DNA of 64,000 nucleotides, taken from assembly GCA_010015585.1 (NCBI GenBank), contig ML975150.1; one strand, written 5' to 3'. The notes under the pieces are model-generated. The model saw nothing but the letters and a program-made list of their open reading frames with translations. It ran no database searches and was not told the DNA's origin. The DNA comes from Eremomyces bilateralis CBS 781.70 (taxonomy: Eukaryota). This document shows positions 11,129-24,529 of this stretch, one piece after another. The translations under genes and the position numbers were made by a program. Position 1 is the first letter of the stretch. Each line of letters starts with the position of its first letter.

Positions 11129-14100
11129 ATGGCTATAAGTACATGGACATTCCTTCTACATCCGCTGCGCTTGCTATGCTCGGGTCATTTGAAGGCCCTA
11201 AACAGACGGTTTGCCGAGGACCGCAAAGGCTACTGCGATTTCAATCCCATCTCCATGATGGCCTCCAACGGAAGCGAGCCAAGCGACCCCGATTGCGTTC
11301 TCATCGACCACGACGACGTCAGTAACTACAACCCGGAGCAGATACTGCCGGAGCCCCCTGAAATTATTCGGCACATTCGCATGTGGTTGCAACCAACTGC
11401 ATACGACCTCGATAATGGTGAATACCGCAAGCATCAATCAACGTACTTACCCGGTACTGGGGTCTGGCTTACCTCCACCGACACGTACCAAGGGTGGCTG
11501 CACGGTGAAGAGAATGGGATGTTATGGATTAGAGGGATTCCTGGATCGGGCAAATCTGTAATGGCGTCGAAGTTGATCGATGACCTATCACAATCCCAAC
11601 CAGGAGTCCCGGTGCTGTACTTTTTCTTCCGTCAGATCATTGATGCTAACCATGAGCCTGTCGCGTTGCTAAGGGATTGGCTAGATCAGGTGATTCGTTA
11701 CAGCCCTCCTCTGCAGAAGCGGTTGAAGACGCACATATTGGGCCCGTGGTCCAGCCGGCCAGTTGGCGAGATATCAATGGACGATCTCTGGGGAGATCTG
11801 CGCATCGCCCTTTCCGGATTGCCAGGCAGAGTCTATTGCATCGCGGATGCCCTAGATGAAATGGATCAAGGTAATGACAGGTTTCTCGAGGCATTAGCGG
11901 CTCTCGGTAGCTGGAAACCAGACAAAGTCAAGGTTCTGATCACAAGTCGTCCAATCCCAAGTCTCGGGACCCCTTTGCTGAAGGCCAAGCCGCTTCAGAT
12001 TCGGCTTGATGAGGATATGGTTAATATTGACATATCCAAGTATGTTCGGCATGTCCTAGCAGCTTCGCCGATCACTCCTAGTGATCAGAAGCTAATCCAA
12101 GACGCTGTCCCTGGACGAGCGAGCGGGCTCTTTCTCTATGCAAAGTTTGCAATGGATGTATGTCTTGAACCTGGAGCAAACATTAAAGAAGCGTTGAGGA
12201 AACTCCCTGCGGGCCTGAACGCTCTCTACACAGACCTTCTGCGCGAACACGCTCGTAGATCGGGTGTTCCTGATGACACCCAGCTGCTCATTCTTCAGTG
12301 GGTTACTCATGCTACTCGTCCGCTGCGACTTCTCGAAGTCGCCGAGATGATCAACGTCACCTATAAGTCAAAGGTTGAGCGAGACCTCAAGGCTACTAAG
12401 AACCTTGTCAGACTTGCGTGTGGCCCCCTCTTGGAAATTCTACCGGATGAGACCGTTAGCGTGGTTCATCATTCTTTCACAGAATACCTCAAGGGCTCCA
12501 CTAGGCCGAATGGGCCCTCTGGATACCCCATTCTCGACCATGGCACGACACATGGGCGTTTTGCCCTTGCTTGCCTGGCATATTTGCAATCTGGTTGTCT
12601 TGACGAGGACAACATAGGTTGGAACTTTCGTCGTGAGGCGTCTCCGCTGTGGCTGAAATATCCCTTTCTCAAATACGCAGCTACCAACTGGTACACTCAT
12701 GTTGCAAGATCTGCTGCTGCCGAGTATCAACAAGCCGACGTCAACAGAGCCCTCGACAGACTCTTCGAAAACCGCCAACGACTGAACGCGTGGCTCAATA
12801 TCGGCTTGCCATTTGATGAGCGCGTACTTCACAACTGCCCCGGAATGCGATCAGCTCCATTGCACATTGCTGCTTACACTGGGCTTACGCGATACGTCAA
12901 ACATCTCCTCGATTTTGGATCTGTTGACGTTGACGCCGAAGATGAAAACGGCAGGACTCCGCTGTGGTGGGCAGCTAGTCGCGGCAATGCAGAAATTATC
13001 CGCCTCCTACTGAACGCTGGATCTAACCCCGACAAGGATGACAGTGAATTCGGACTGAAGCCCCTGCACAAGGCTGCAAACCAGAATCACTTCCAGGCCG
13101 TCAAACTCCTGTTAAATGCTGGAGTGCACCCCCTGACTGAAAAAACGAAAGAGGATTCAGGGAATTTTTGTGGCAATGCCCCGAGAACGGTTGGCCATAC
13201 GCCACTCATGGTAGGTTGCTGCCCAGGTTTTAATACCTGAAATGATGCCTTCGGGTTGCTCTTTATCTAACTCCGTTTATGTAGTACGCATGCCATGCTG
13301 GCCATCTTGAGACTGTTGAGGTCTTCCTGTCCTTCGTCAAAGACTTTGACACCGTACATCGTGCTTTGGCTTGGGCAGTTCGGGCATCCCGCTCTGAACT
13401 TGTAGAATTGATTCTCCGACATCCTGGTGTCAATGTCAATGCGAAAATTCGCGGGGACACGCCGCTGTTCCTAGCGTGTTGCGTCGGCGATGCTCAGTCC
13501 ATCGCGCTCCTCATTAATGCAGGAGCGGACCCTAATATCCACTGCGCCCAAAGCGGAGACGAATTTGCGGGGTTTCAGCTCAGTGTTCCTTCTTCCCGGA
13601 GACGCGACCATTCTCGTGGTTTCACGGCCTTACACAGCTTGTGTAGCGGGCAGGAGAGTGGCAGCTCGCGAGGTTGGGACCTTGACGAGTTGCAGAGCGC
13701 CATTCGCCTTGTCGTGAGAGCTGGTGCCGATATCAACCAACGAGACACTTATGGGGACACACCGCTGTATAATACATTAAGAAGTCCCGTTCTTGTCCGC
13801 CTTCTTCTTGATGAGGGAGCGGATGCAAATGTCGAAGCCGAGGATGGGTCTGTCCCTCTTCATCATGTAACCTCGACGGATTCAATGTGTCTCCTAATCG
13901 AGCACGGCCGAGCCGACATCAACAAGCGCCAGGCAGACGGCCGAACGCCGCTTCTTTGCATGCTCCGTACAGCAGGCACGGATGCGATCTCCAAGTTCTT
14001 GGAATACAACCCAGACTACAATGTCGTTGATAAGGATGGAAACGGAGTACTGCATACGCATCTACTTGGAGGGTACGCTGCTGCGTCTACCATGAAGGCG

Positions 14101-17100
14101 TTGCTCAAAGTGGGTGCGGATCCCAACCTAAAGAACCGGTTCGGCCAGACCCCGATGCATGTCCTTGTTCAACGCTACGACGATATGCACGAGAAGATCG
14201 ACGTTTTGCTGGAGGCGGGCGCTGACATAAACGCAAAGGACAGATTTGGCGCTTCAGCACTGCATTTCGTCCTCCCTCGTACTTCTACATATAAACCTGG
14301 AAAGGAGCCGCATAGTGATATCAAGCTACTTTTGGGCAAAGGCGCATCGCCAGTTGTGCGCGACTTCAAAGGCCGTACTCTCCTCCATGAAGCGATGAAG
14401 AATCTGGAGAACCCCCATTCAAATATCAATTATAAGCTAGATACCAGACGATTTGAATTTCTGCTCAGCTTGGGCCTCGATCCTCAAACCGTCGATTACC
14501 GCGGAAACAATCTACTTCACGAGCTCGCACGGCTACGGGCTAACAACAATAGCTATGTTGGTACAGCACTCGTTCCCGTCTGGAAACAGTTCATCGCGCT
14601 GGGAATCAAAGCAGACCAGTGCAACGACTATGGACGGACGCCATTGCATATTCTATGTATCCAACGGCCAGACCATGCCAGCTCAAAGCTTGGAGAGGTC
14701 AGTGTGATGGACTTCATGACTTCTTTGACTGAAAATATCAATATGGCCGATAGGGATGGCATTACGGCCTTGCATTTGGCAGTCACAGTGTCTGAGAGCC
14801 TTACCAAGAAGCTTCTCGCTGCTGGCGCTAATCCGGAAGCCCGGACATTGGAAGGGTTGACCCCACTGCATCTTGCTGCTCGTGCAAGACAAAGCAATAT
14901 CGTAGGGATGCTACTTGATGCTCTTCACCAGAGGGATCGCGGAACAGATCCTATGACAGAGCTCTGGTCAAGACGCAGTGGCACATCGGCATCGCGAGGT
15001 ACGCCTGGGCAATTGGACTATGCCCCTAACGGCATTGATGCAGAAGATGGACATGGATGGACGCCACTCTGTTACGCGTGTCGGTCTGGGAGGCCAGAGA
15101 CCGTTGCCTTGCTACTTCAGGCCAGCGCCCACGTCAAAGATGAGCATGTCTTTGAGGCTTGTGCCGGTTTTGAGGACGAGCAAGCGCTCTGGACGAAACT
15201 CGCTCACGAGGCTGACAAAGAGGTCAATATCGATGCAGGCGGCCTCAAACTTAACGATATAACTCGCCCAGTTGTCCGTAAACATCCGAGTCAAGACCCC
15301 TGTGACTTAGATTCAAACAACGAGACGACGAGGTTGGAAGAGATCCTCGACATGCTTGGGAATAGAGGTGCTAACATTTCCCGCCTAATACGCGGAGCGA
15401 TGCCGATGCGTTGGCAAGAGGGCAATATTAGCCCTCTTGGAGCTCCTGCGGCTCATCATCAAGACAATACCGTTTCACGTCTTACGAACGTCCGCGGTGA
15501 AAGCCCTACATACGATACAACAGCCAGCACTATGGCGTTGTTTGCTGAGCATGCTAACAAAGATCAGCAGAGTGCCGCCCCCAATGTCTTGCGCGAATTT
15601 ATGCCTATCGAAAAGGGAAGCAGTAACCAAGCGATCTTTTACTCGGTCCTGAAGCGGCGAGAGTACACTCTGGTCGAGGAGCTATTCCGGCTAGGAGTCG
15701 ACTTTCTTGCTGTGGACGGCCATATAGTGGTCCCCACTGTGTTCAACGGCGTGGATGTCGAGCTTTATTGCTCCGTGAAAATTAGCAACCTTGGCCTCCT
15801 TGTTCGACACGGATTCGCCTTTCTGGTCGAAAGGATAGGCAGTCTCGAAGCCGAAGCAAAGCTCAACGAAAGTTCATCGCATGTGGCAGGAAGCGAGTCT
15901 CCCCATGGTCTGGGATGCTACACGGAGAATGATCTCCAGGGTTCCAAGTCTGGTAACGCCCGACCAGCTCCATTGTTGCTCGAAGCCGTCCGCCGTACTT
16001 TGCCTAATATGGATGTCGTTCGCTTGCTCGTAGAGAAGTTCGGCGTTAACATCAACGAACTCTTTTACGTCGAGAAGTATGCCGACAACGACTATAAATC
16101 GGTGCCATCTGATAGTGCGCTGCATTCTCTCGCAAAAGGCTGCGCTTGGTGGCATGTCGCGTTGGCACTTCCGTACCTCGTCGATAAAAAAGCGAATCTC
16201 GAGATCCGCAACTGCGAGGGGCAAACTCCCTTGCACATCGCCCTTAGTGGACAGTATGGCCACCACGAGCCGTTCTACATGGAAGCGGTACGTGTCCTTG
16301 TTGCTGCTGGTGGGGATGTCAATGCTGTGGATCGAGATGGACGAAGCTGCCTTGCCTATGCGGGTGGTGACATGGACATGACTTGTCTGCTTCTGTCTCA
16401 CGGAGCTAAGCAGACCGCTGATGCCTTGTTAACGGCAGTCCACAACATGCAGATCAAGGTGGTCGAGAGCTTGCTATGCGCTGGCGCCAACCCCAATTTA
16501 CGGCTCGAACACAATCTTAAGCCTTCCAAACGGAGGACTTATGGAAGCTTTGAGGGGTCGAACGTTGGCCGCAAAATGGACAGGCATGAGTGGTACGCTG
16601 TGTATTATGCTGCCAAAAATTACAAACCCTCGGGCAATTGCTCTACAGAAGTGGAGAAAGAGAAAAAACAAAATGTTGTTCGTCTCGTTGAGACGCTTCT
16701 GGCGCATGGAGCGGATCCATTTGCGGAATTCAGGATGTCCCCGAGGCGGGGGTTTATGCCTACCGGCATACTTGAAGAACCTGAAGGCAAAACCAAAAAT
16801 CCACAGGCCTCATCAACTATCGCACAAGCTGCGGAGCAGAGTCTTAAGCCTGTCCTCAAAAGCTACGAGGAATGCACGGTCCTGCACCAGCTTCTGATAA
16901 CTGGTGGCCTTGTGCGTCCCTTCCTTACTCTCCCTGGTCTGAATCCGAATTGCCTAGACCCTCACGGTAGGACCGTCCTACATGCGGCATGCCAGAGCAT
17001 GCTCGGTCCCGACGTGCCCATTGATGTCATTGACGAGGACGAGTGGGATGGTACACAAATGACATGCCCGTCACTACTGAGCCATTTGCTTTCTCTCGGC

Positions 17101-17838
17101 GCAGATCCAATAGCCCGCGACATTTTCGGGCGGAACGCTTTGCACCACATGGTCGAGCTACGCAGAGCCCCCCATCCCAGGCCCAACCCAGCCGTTGCTA
17201 CCTCGTTGGAGGAGCTGGCAAGGAGTCATCCTATGTTAATCAACCAGCGTGACACTTCCGGACGGACACCACTCTACATAGCACTCGTACACGCCGTCAC
17301 CGTCTCTGATCCAGTACCGGCGCAGATATTGCTTGCCGCTGGCGCAGACCCGTTTTTGGCTGACTACAACAATAACACATTGCTTCACGTTACGGCACGG
17401 CGCTACTGCCCTAGATTGATGGCTCTGCTTAAAGAGCTGCTGTCGCGTGGCCTGGACGTGCATGCTCGCAATAACCATGGTGAGACGCCACTATTTTCCT
17501 TCTACAAGGCCCCTGACCATTACCACGCCCATCCTGGGAATGGGGCCGAGATTCTCACGGCCCTAGAGTCCTCAGGGGCAGACTTCAGTGTCCGGGATAA
17601 CAGAGGACGAGGCCTGCTGCATGTTGCTGCTAGCGGGCGGTATGCCTCAAAGTTCAAGGAGTTGCTTGCAAGGGGACTGGACCCTATGCTCGAGAATGAC
17701 AATCATCAGACCGCTCTGGATGTCGCAGCTGCATGTAATAACAGAGACGTGTTGGAGCTTTTCGAGCATAAGTTCAAATCGGAGCAAGTCCCCTTGTCCG
17801 AAGGGCGGCGAGAAGGGGAAATGGAGAACAAAGAATAG
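11129..17838 (+). CDS. NACHT-ankyrin repeat fungal NLR (~2,170-2,210 aa, two exons)
   Basis: Exon 1 11129 (or ATG 11255)-13210; intron 13211-13284 (GTAGGT..CTAAC..TAG); exon 2 13285-17838 in frame. PGTGVWL, Walker A GIPGSGKS, Walker B IADALDE, LITSRP, GLFLYA, HHSFTEYL, many ankyrin G.TPLH/GAD.N motifs. Confidence 0.93.
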
Positions 17839-17974
17839 CGCCATCATCAACCGGTGGTTCAACACGAATCAATGGATGCCACTGATAGGATATGAGCAAT
17901 TGCTATTATGCGACCCTTCGTGGTCTTCTGTAATTTTGCGAAGGACGATATCTGCTTTTGAAATTTTGCTTTTC

Positions 17975-18490
17975 CTATGCACTTATCCATTCCTTCATCC
18001 ATCCAGTCATCCATTCATCTCTCAGTGGTTCCAACCCCCTAAGTGTTTCACTTGACTTCAGAGTCTTTTCCATGGCCAGTTTCATTCTTAGTCCTCGGTC
18101 ACCTTGATATTGCAGACCCTCATAGAAATCGAGCAGCTTCATGGCGGGATTCTTTCGCGCCAACGTCGCAGCGTCAACCCCACCAACATTTTCCGCTTCT
18201 GCACTCTTCGCCTTCAACGTCGAAAGCCAGTCGGCGTACGGAACAACCTTGATCGGCTCCGGAGATGGAGCCGGATCTTCGAGCGTCTTCTGTATGGGAA
18301 GGAGAAGGGACGACCAAGGCACAGGGTTCGGATGCAGAATCTGGAAAACGGACACGCCCGACTCTGCTTTTTCTTCGTCACCGGGCTTCGAATTCAACCC
18401 CAGCTCGATGACCACGTCGGCCAGCTGATCAATCGGCACCCAATTGATTTCCTCTCTAGCCGCGGGAACATCGCCCAATGTCTCGGGGAC
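17975..18490 (-). pseudogene. C-terminal fragment of an NRPS-like/thioester (NAD-binding) reductase domain
   Basis: INWVPIDQLADVVIEL...HPNPVPW...VPYADWL...NPAMKLLDFY...LRGLEPLRDEWMTGWMKEW* resembles reductase-domain C-termini; no upstream part is present. Confidence 0.7.
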
Positions 18491-18539
18491 TGCAAAATAT
18501 ATTGATATCCACCGATAGTCCTCCTCTCAACCATCTGAA

Positions 18540-19738
18540 ATGACTCGATTTGCCCTAAATCATGTCATCAACGAAGCCCGCAACTCGTATAAAATTATCA
18601 AATCCCTCTCCCCTTAGCCTCCCAAGCCAAAATAGTCGGGTCCTCCACATTGTGAGTTGAATCCACAAGCTCCACATCGACCGCCATCCCCATCGCGACT
18701 AGTTATCCCAAGCGCTGCGATCAAACAACCCCCGAGGAAGAGACCGTCATCCTGTATTTCCACAGCGAGGCGTTGATCTACTCCTTCTCGTCGATCGCAG
18801 AGTCGCCGTATATCTTCCAACTACTTGAGGAGATCGAAGAGCCGGAAAAGCGATGTATGCTCTTCGAATGGATGGACACGACGCTCTGGGACGCGCGGAC
18901 GGAGCCGTTCGATGCGAAACTAAAGATATTCAAGTCAGTGGCGCGGTTGTGCTTGAAGGGTTACTTGCGTTCCACCACTAGGACATAGGATAGTATGGAC
19001 CGTACTGTCACGCATGTGACCGGCGACGGCAGAAATTCTCAGATACGCGCGCTTAAAGTACCGATGTTATGATAGAACTTCACCCAAAAAAGGTTGTCCT
19101 CAGTGGCTTCTCAAGCCCTTCGCCAACCGTCAAGATTTCTGACCTGGGCTGGAGTAAGTCTCAATCCGTCCTTGTTTACATTTCCAAAGCTTACTCGTCT
19201 AGTCATGTCGATGAATTCTCCCGATGGGTCCCGAAAGTCCTATTACCAATGGATCCAAGGGCCGTCTCTTCGCGCACCCGACGTGTGGCGAGGAGCGGAG
19301 GACTACTCCACCGTCATGGACGTGTGGTCCATCGGCGTTCGTGTACGTTTCCCCTTCGACTTGTAGGACCTGACTCTCACCAAGTATCCAGCTTGCGGAT
19401 TGGATGGGCGACAAAGCTCACTTTGGGCCCCGTGGATGCATAATCGAGACTGACGAGCCGATCGAAACTACCCAAGCTGTGTGGGCCATTGTGAAGCTTC
19501 ATAAGACCCTAAACCAGCCCCTTTCTGAGTCGCTGAAGGACAAGTTTGACATGGCCTGGGGCATCGCTGAACACGTCCTTGAAGAGAATATGTTCTTAAA
19601 GCGAGTCTTCGGGAGCAGATGGAACAGCTGCAGATGCCGTCCGGGAATATCGGCTTCCTAGAGACATTGCTCACAGTGAATCCGGATAGACGACCGTCGC
19701 CGGCCGAAGCACTGGATTTGCCGTTCGTCAAGGAATAG
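18540..19738 (+). pseudogene. Degenerate fungal Ser/Thr protein kinase
   Basis: ATG 18540 followed by in-frame TAGs at 18615 and 18633. Kinase motifs are scattered over several frames: MLFEWMDTTLW, LHPKKVVL..VKISDLG, LRAPDVWRG, DVWSIGV, LLTVNPDRRPSPAEAL. Confidence 0.75.
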
Positions 19739-19897
19739 GGCACAGATTGCTGGAATAGCAGCGAACTTGATGATTTACGAAGAATAGAAGAGTATACCCG
19801 TCTCTCCACTTATGAAATGAATAACAATAGACGCTGGAATGGTGGATAAGGCGTTAAAGGTAGATGAGGACAGCGAACTGGGAACGTCCGACAATTA

Positions 19898-19996
19898 GAA
19901 CTCAACTCAGTGTATAAGTACGGAACTTTTATATGACTTGCTTCCGAACTCAACTCAATGTATAAGTACTGAACTTTCATTTGATTTGCCTCTGAA
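19898..19996. repeat. 48-bp tandem duplication
   Basis: gaactcaactca[ag]tgtataagtac[gt]gaacttt at 19898 and 19946. Confidence 0.85.
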
Positions 19997-20243
19997 TGCT
20001 TTCATAAGGCTCGGGCTCAAATCGACCTTGGAGCTATATTAGCTCACCCGAAACGCGGTTTTACCTGGCCCGTTTTATGCCAATTCCACTCCGTGCGAAC
20101 CAATCGTGTCTATCATTGCGCCTAACGCCATGAATGCATCTGTTGATACTGCGCGATTTCTCCATGCGCAGGCTAACGTGATCCGATTTCTCACGCTTTA
20201 ACGGCGTTCATCATTCCCTTGCCATCAACCCATTTTCCACCCC

Positions 20244-21378
20244 TCACCTCCCCCCCGCCGCAAACTGCTGCCTCAACATCATCAACTGCGCCTTCTCCGC
20301 CGGCGGCATCGCTTCGATCTGCGCCGGCGACAGCGACATCACCTGCCGAATCAAATCGTCCCGCCCGCCTAGCGCTGGCGCCGGTGCCTGCTGCGGTGGC
20401 GGAGCCTGCATTCCGTATTGTGGGGGCGGGGTCGGGGCCGCGCCCATTATGGGGTTGGACATCGGCGGGTATTGTACTTGATACTGCTGCTGTTGTTGGT
20501 GTTGTGGGGGAGGGGGGTATCCCTGCATGGGGGCCGGCATGGGGGCCTGCATATTCGGTTGCGGCGTCGGCAGCGGCTGCGCGAGCACGGCGGCGGCCTG
20601 CTGCTGCTGCTGTTGCGGGGCGCCGGCGACGTTGATGTGTTCGAGGACGGAGGCGAGGACGTCCTGCTCGACGAGGCCGAGGAGGAGGAGGGATTGGAAC
20701 ACCGCGTAGGAGAGCTGCGGGGCGGCTTTGAGGAGCTCGGTGGCCTTGGATGGGTCGGAGGCCACGAGGCCTTTCATCTGCGAGAGGATATCGAGGAGTT
20801 GGGCGGGGGGGAGGGTTTTGAGGGTAGTGGAGATGACGTCGATGGCGAGGAGGTTGGGGGGGACATCGGCGCCGGGCGGGAGGGGGGGGAGGGAGGGGAC
20901 GCCGGACATCTGCTGGAGGAGGGACGGATCGGGGTGGGTGGTGAGAGGAGGCGGCGCGGTGTAGTTGGACGGGACGGAGTGGGACTCGTGGGCGGCGCCG
21001 TCGTTGGAGTAGTCGACGCGGAGCTTGCGGCCCATCATCTCGTAGTCGTTGAGGTTGCGGACGGCGGAGGCGGCGGCATCAGCATCGATGAATTCCGCGA
21101 AGCCGAAGCCTTTGGGCTTGCCGGTTTCTTTGTCGTAGACGAGGCGGAAGTTGAGGACTTGGCCGACGCGGGAGAGGGTGTCGATGATGGTTTCTTCGGT
21201 GACGCCTGGGGATTGTGAGTGGATGCGATAGGAAGGGAAGTGTTGGGGGGAGGGAGAAGGTAGAAGGTAAGATGTTTGTGAGAATTCACTCCTTGCAGTA
21301 TGTTTGCGGAAGGGGGAAGTGAAACTCACCGTAGGGGATATTCCCAATGAACACCACACGACCAGCTTTCGACGCCAT
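20244..21378 (-). CDS. RNA15: Cleavage stimulation factor 64-kDa subunit / RNA15 homologue
   Basis: ATG 21378 MASKAGRVVFIGNIPY; intron 21329-21206; RRM (LVYDKETGKPKGFGFAEF), hinge (QLLDILSQMK...PQLSYA) and C-terminal LIRQVMSLS..QI..MPP. Confidence 0.92.
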
Positions 21379-22129
21379 CTTCGTACGTGCTTGTTCGGTC
21401 AATCCCTTCAAAATTCTGACGTCCAACCAAAGGAGATTCTAAAATTAAAGGTGGAAGAGCAATGGCCAATGTTGAGCGAGCGGAGCGGCGAGGGGATCAG
21501 TCCATTGTTGAATGCTCGGCGGGTGTCGATCAAAGTTGAAGTTGAAGCAATGAATTCATCACCATTTGTTGATGCCTGACGATTGCAATTTTCGCCTTAG
21601 GAATTGAGATGACAAGGGTAATGCGAATATGGACCAATCACCGTTGGTTAAAGTTGCTTGCCTGACGATTGAATGATGCCTGAGGAACTCACACAGACAC
21701 AACATAAACACAAGACATCAATTGATCGATCAGGGACCGAGAATTCCATCGCTGGGGTGACTGAACTGGGTACGCAGTATTGAGGTTGATATTGATATGC
21801 TAGATAATAGAGAACATCCATCCTTCCTATCCACACAACTGTGTATAGCAGCACCTATTATTGAAACGATCTCGCCAAACTTTTCCCAATACCAGACAAT
21901 AAGCATCGCAGTATCGATTCTTCAATACGTTAAAGATGTCACATCGAATACCGAGCGACATTGTAATAGATATACAGCCATATAGCAGAGCCAACAGAAT
22001 CCCTACACACAAAAACAATGCAGAGATCCATTCTGTCGCACAACAATATACCTACATATCCACCGAACCCTAAATAATATCCTGCAATCGTCCGTCTGCA
22101 ATATCCAAAACACTTCTTAGGTAACCCTC

Positions 22130-24529
22130 TTACCCCTTCCCCTCCTCCCTCCTTCCCCCCCCACCCCACCCACTCCCATACCCCGGCGCAAACCCCCGAT
22201 ACCCCCCCTGCCCATACGGACTCTGCACCACCATCTGGTACCCCGGCGGCGGCGGTGGATATGGCCCCGCGCCCGAAAGCACGATCTGGTATGGTTGCGG
22301 GTAGGAGTGCTGCTGATGGAAGGGGGGCTGGTGCGGGTCGAAGGGGGGGAGGAGCGAAGGGTGGGGTTGCGGTGGGTGAGAATGAGGGGGGTGAGAATGA
22401 GGCGGAGGTGGGAGGGACGATGGGGGGAGAGAGGTGGGGTAGGTGGAGGCNNNNNNNNNNNNNNNNNNNNNNNNNNNNNNNNNNNNNNNNNNNNNNNNNN
22501 NNNNNNNNNNNNNNNNNNNNNNNNNNNNNNNNNNNNNNNNNNNNNNNNNNNNNNNNNNNNNNNNNNNNNNNNNNNNNNNNNNNNNNNNNNNNNNNNNNNN
22601 NNNNNNNNNNNNNNNNNNNNNNNNNNNNNNNNNNNNNNNNNNNNNNNNNNNNNNNNNNNNNNNNNNNNNNNNNNNNNNNNNNNNNNNNNNNNNNNNNNNN
22701 NNNNNNNNNNNNNNNNNNNNNNNNNGGGAGGGTGGTGGAGTTGGATCGCGAGTGGGGAGGTTTCCGCTCCGCGTCGAGGCGGGTGCGCTCGTCTTGCGCG
22801 GCGGCTTGCTCGGCTTTGCGCTTTTTCCACCAGAGCGTCATGCTTTCGGAGCGGCTTTCGGACTTGATTTTGGCGGCTTTCTGGACGGCTGGGAGGGGTT
22901 AGATACGTGGTGGGGGATCACACTGGTTCTGGATGACTTACCGTCGTCACTTGGTTTCGCATCCGTTTTTATTCCGGGGATCTTCTCGGGTGGCTCCCTC
23001 GCCATGACGTTCCCCGGCACCGTCTCCTCCAGACTCACCAGCTTCTTCCTCGGTCCCTTCTTGATCCCCGCGTCGCTCCGTGGATACAGGTTCTTGCTCC
23101 CAGGAGGCCGGCCCCTACGTTTCGTCGGCTTCTCCGGCGTCGATCCACGGTCCTCATCATCGCTCGTCGTGACCGAGGTAGATGCGGTGCTTTGCTCGCG
23201 CATTGCGCGCATGGCCTGGATGCGCGGCGGAAGGAGCGCGTTTGGTGGAGCTTTGAGTGGAGGACGTCCGCGTCGCCGAACATGGACCGGATCTGGGGTC
23301 TGTCTCATCCGCTTTCGCGATCCATCTTCTGGGGTGGCATCATAGCGATGCACGGCTTTTCGCTTCCGCTTCCCTGTTTCGGTGTTCGCAGCGTCATCGT
23401 CGCTCATAGCGTATTCGTTATGCGGCTTCCGTCGTCGCAGCAAGCGACCCTCCGCATGATCTTCATCATCGAAGAAACGCTGCAGCTCAGGCACCTGCAT
23501 TCCTGGACCTCTCCGAGCATCGTACCGATATCCATAGATGTCCGCCTCTTTCATCGCATCCGCCACCTCGGCGCCGAGTTGCTGGCGTCCACCCGTCGCT
23601 CGTTTCCGCGGCGGGTTGGTGTTCCTCGCGATGAATGCGTCGAGCTTGAGAAATTCATCCTGCCAAGCCACCAAGGCTTCCTGTGCATTTTCAGCCAGAC
23701 GATAGAGCACATCGGAACTTCGGTTCTTCGCAGGAAACCTCGTCAGCTCTTGCACGAACGCGTGTGGGTTCGGTAATCTTTTAAATCGGGATTTGAGGAG
23801 GGCGACCACCTCTGCATCGAGGTCCGGCTCCTCCTCGAAGTCGGCAGCTTCCCGATCGGATAGATAGGGAGGAGGGAAGGCTTCGGAGGGCAATTCTTCC
23901 TCGATGATCTCAATATCTTCCTCGTCTTTCGCAGTCTCATGCTCGGGGACATCTGATCCACGCTTGGTATTCCCGATTTCTCTGGTCCCAACTGCATCCG
24001 CATCGGGTGTAGGAAGTGCTTCCGCCCGGACTCCGTTATTGCAATCAACCGATGTCTCAGACAGTTTCGATTGTTGCGAATGGTTTCTCGTCGCAGATTC
24101 ATTCTTCACGGCTGGATGTGTGGATTGAGAAGAGTTCGCACTCAAAGCCGGGCCATCCAAATCTTTGTCAGGCTCGTACAATTCTTGGTCATATCCCTGG
24201 TCACCGTCATTGTGGTCGGTGACAGGATGTGTGCCATTCACATCAAATGACGACTGGGTCGATGAACCAAACGGATCATCTCTTGAGTCCTCCGAGCCAG
24301 CCCCAAAAATCCGAGCTAATCGAAAGCGATCCAGGCCTTTGATTCGGAAGACCTGATGGTCCCATGAAGTCTTTGGTGGAGGTCTCTTGGCATTCCTCTC
24401 CGCCTGTACTCGTTTTGGCAGATGAGAAAAATCGCGAGCTTGCCTTCTCTTGGACGGCGATATTATCTTCTTCGGATCCGGTTCCACCGGCTCCTCTCCC
24501 TCCTCATGCTTTCCTCGTCGGGTCCGCAT
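22130..24529 (-). CDS. Hypothetical AT-hook-containing nuclear protein; 3' part crosses the assembly gap
   Basis: 563-aa ORF with RRRGRPP and KRRGRPPGSKN; intron 22941-22889 (GTAAGT..CTAAC..CAG) continues into SMTLWWKKRK; probable P/Q/Y/G-rich tail ending TAA at 22130-22132. Confidence 0.7.
22451..22725. other. Assembly gap (275 N)
   Basis: Run of N. Confidence 1.

Noticed and set aside
11129..11450. Amyloid signalling motif at the NLR N-terminus
   Set aside because: No N/Q/G-rich HRAM, PP or sigma-like motif, and no adjacent HeLo/HeLL effector gene in the window.
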